Positions 62,789 through 64,000 of a stretch of DNA of 64,000 nt are shown one piece after another. This DNA comes from an uncultured Acidobacteriaceae bacterium (GTDB taxonomy: Bacteria > Acidobacteriota > Terriglobia > Terriglobales > Acidobacteriaceae). The stretch lies in assembly GCA_963822015.1 (NCBI GenBank), contig CAWGGA010000029.1, positions 30,880 through 94,879 on the forward strand, written 5' to 3'. Each line of letters opens with the position of its first letter. Position 1 is the first letter of the stretch. Position numbers and translations under genes: made by a program. The notes under the pieces were generated by a model. That model did no database searches. It was not told where the DNA came from and saw only the letters and a list, made by a program, of their open reading frames with translations.

Positions 62789-63259
62789 TTACGCCGCCGC
62801 TGGAGCCGTCGCGCCGCCTTCGACCACCGCCTTGCCGCCGGCCTTTTCGATCTTCTCAGCCGCCGACTTAGAAAACTTGTGCGCGTGAATGGTGACGGCC
62901 TTCTTGAGCTCGCCGGAACCGAGAACCTTGATTAGCGCCTTGCGGCTCGCCGACAGGCCCAGCTTCCGGTAGTCGCCGAGGCCGATCTCGGCCACGCCAA
63001 GCTCGGCAATCCGGTCCAGATTCACAATGGTGTATTCGGTGCGGAAGATGTTGGTAAAGCCGCGCTTGGGCAGCCGCCGGTGCAACGGCATCTGGCCACC
63101 TTCAAAGCCGCGCATCAGGCTGGAACCGGAACGCGAACCCTGGCCTTTGTGGCCGCGGGTTGAGGTCTTGCCCATGCCGGATCCCATGCCCCGGCCCACG
63201 CGCTTGCGCCCGGTGTTGGCCTTCTTCGGCGCGCGCAAATTCGATAAATTTCTCGCCAT
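62789..63259 (-). CDS. rplO: 50S ribosomal protein L15
   Basis: RVGRGMGSGMGKT, GFEGGQMPL.RRLPKRGF. Confidence 0.97.
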   Translation of the reverse strand: MARNLSNLRAPKKANTGRKRVGRGMGSGMGKTSTRGHKGQGSRSGSSLMRGFEGGQMPLHRRLPKRGFTNIFRTEYTIVNLDRIAELGVAEIGLGDYRKLGLSASRKALIKVLGSGELKKAVTIHAHKFSKSAAEKIEKAGGKAVVEGGATAPAAA

Positions 63260-63420
63260 ATTCTCCTCGCTATAGCGCCGGGGACTTGCCGTCCAGGCAT
63301 CCCCGACTCGCGTTGTGTATCGTGGAGAAGCTTCGAGCTTAGTGAAGTTAGTGAAAAAATGCCGGGTGCCCTGATTCGCGTTTTCACTCATTCACGACTC
63401 CAACTCGTTCACGATCTTCC

Positions 63421-63609
63421 TTACTTCTCAAGAATCCTCACCAGATGCGGAACCGCCTTCACCATCCCCCGCACTGAATCCGTATCCTCGCGCTCTACGA
63501 TCTGATTGAGGCGCGTGAAACCCAGCCCCTTGACCACCAGTTTGTGCTTGGTAGGCGTGGCGATGGCGGAGCGATAGTACTGAATGCGAATCTTCTTCGT
63601 CTTCGCCAT
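63421..63609 (-). CDS. rpmD: 50S ribosomal protein L30
   Basis: IRIQYYRSAI, GLGFTRLNQ.VERED..SVRGMV; position between rpsE and rplO. Confidence 0.95.
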   Translation of the reverse strand: MAKTKKIRIQYYRSAIATPTKHKLVVKGLGFTRLNQIVEREDTDSVRGMVKAVPHLVRILEK

Positions 63610-64000
63610 TACAGCTCCTCCACCGTCTTGCCGCGCATCGTTGCCACGTCGCCGCGGTCGCGCAACTGCCCCAGCGCGTCAAAAGTGGCCTTGATCACGT
63701 TGTGCGGGTTGGGCGAGCCGAGGCTCTTGGTGAGCACGTTCTGCACGCCAACCGAGGTCATGACCGCGCGCACCGCGCCGCCGGCAATCACGCCCGTGCC
63801 TTCCGGCGCAGGCTTCAGCAGCACCTGGCCGGATCCGTAGCGGCCCAGAACCTGGTGCGGAATCGTAGTCTCGGTGAGGTGAACCCTCACCAAATTCTTC
63901 TTGGCCGACTCGATTCCCTTGCGAATCGCCTGAGGAACCTCCTTGGCCTTGCCCGATCCGTAACCCACCACGCCCGAAGCGGCGTCGCCCACCACCACCA
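63609..64000 (-). CDS. rpsE: 30S ribosomal protein S5 (5' part outside the window)
   Basis: [37 protein letters not shown]. Confidence 0.97.
   Translation of the reverse strand, partial: VVVGDAASGVVGYGSGKAKEVPQAIRKGIESAKKNLVRVHLTETTIPHQVLGRYGSGQVLLKPAPEGTGVIAGGAVRAVMTSVGVQNVLTKSLGSPNPHNVIKATFDALGQLRDRGDVATMRGKTVEEL

Overview
GC-rich bacterial chromosomal segment; the ribosomal-protein and RpoA sequences and the repeat families look like Acidobacteriota (Terriglobales/Acidobacteriaceae-like), which is an inference and not a database result. Most of the window is housekeeping: a desaturase, bcp, mpg, thpR, rpmB, msrB, ridA, an fpg-family glycosylase, panBC, hemL, purMN, htrA, coaE, folD and guaB. 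It also holds a tetraheme cytochrome c/NrfC/NrfD-like redox module, an OPT transporter, a ~16.5 kb Wzx/Wzy-type surface polysaccharide locus (38.7-55.2 kb), and the distal spc/alpha operon (rpsE to rplQ, minus strand). About 20 genes, including essential rpsD, are broken by single-base indels; I read these as sequencing or assembly errors, so base-level claims need read-level confirmation. The strongest unexplained signals are: (1) a 96-nt tRNA-like gene with an enlarged anticodon arm next to dinD (15727-15822); (2) a ~370-nt highly base-paired leader ending in an RBS-sequestering helix, upstream of an orphan holin-like/lipobox-like gene (18075-19296), followed by a transposase relic and a small-protein + DUF2335 pair; (3) inverted pairs of short tandem heptamer arrays, with a different unit in nearly every ribosomal-operon spacer; (4) miniature TIR elements with target-site duplications, and REP-like palindromes inserted inside panC, coaE and vanZ; (5) a 16-unit N/Q/G hexapeptide repeat inside the Wza-like exporter.
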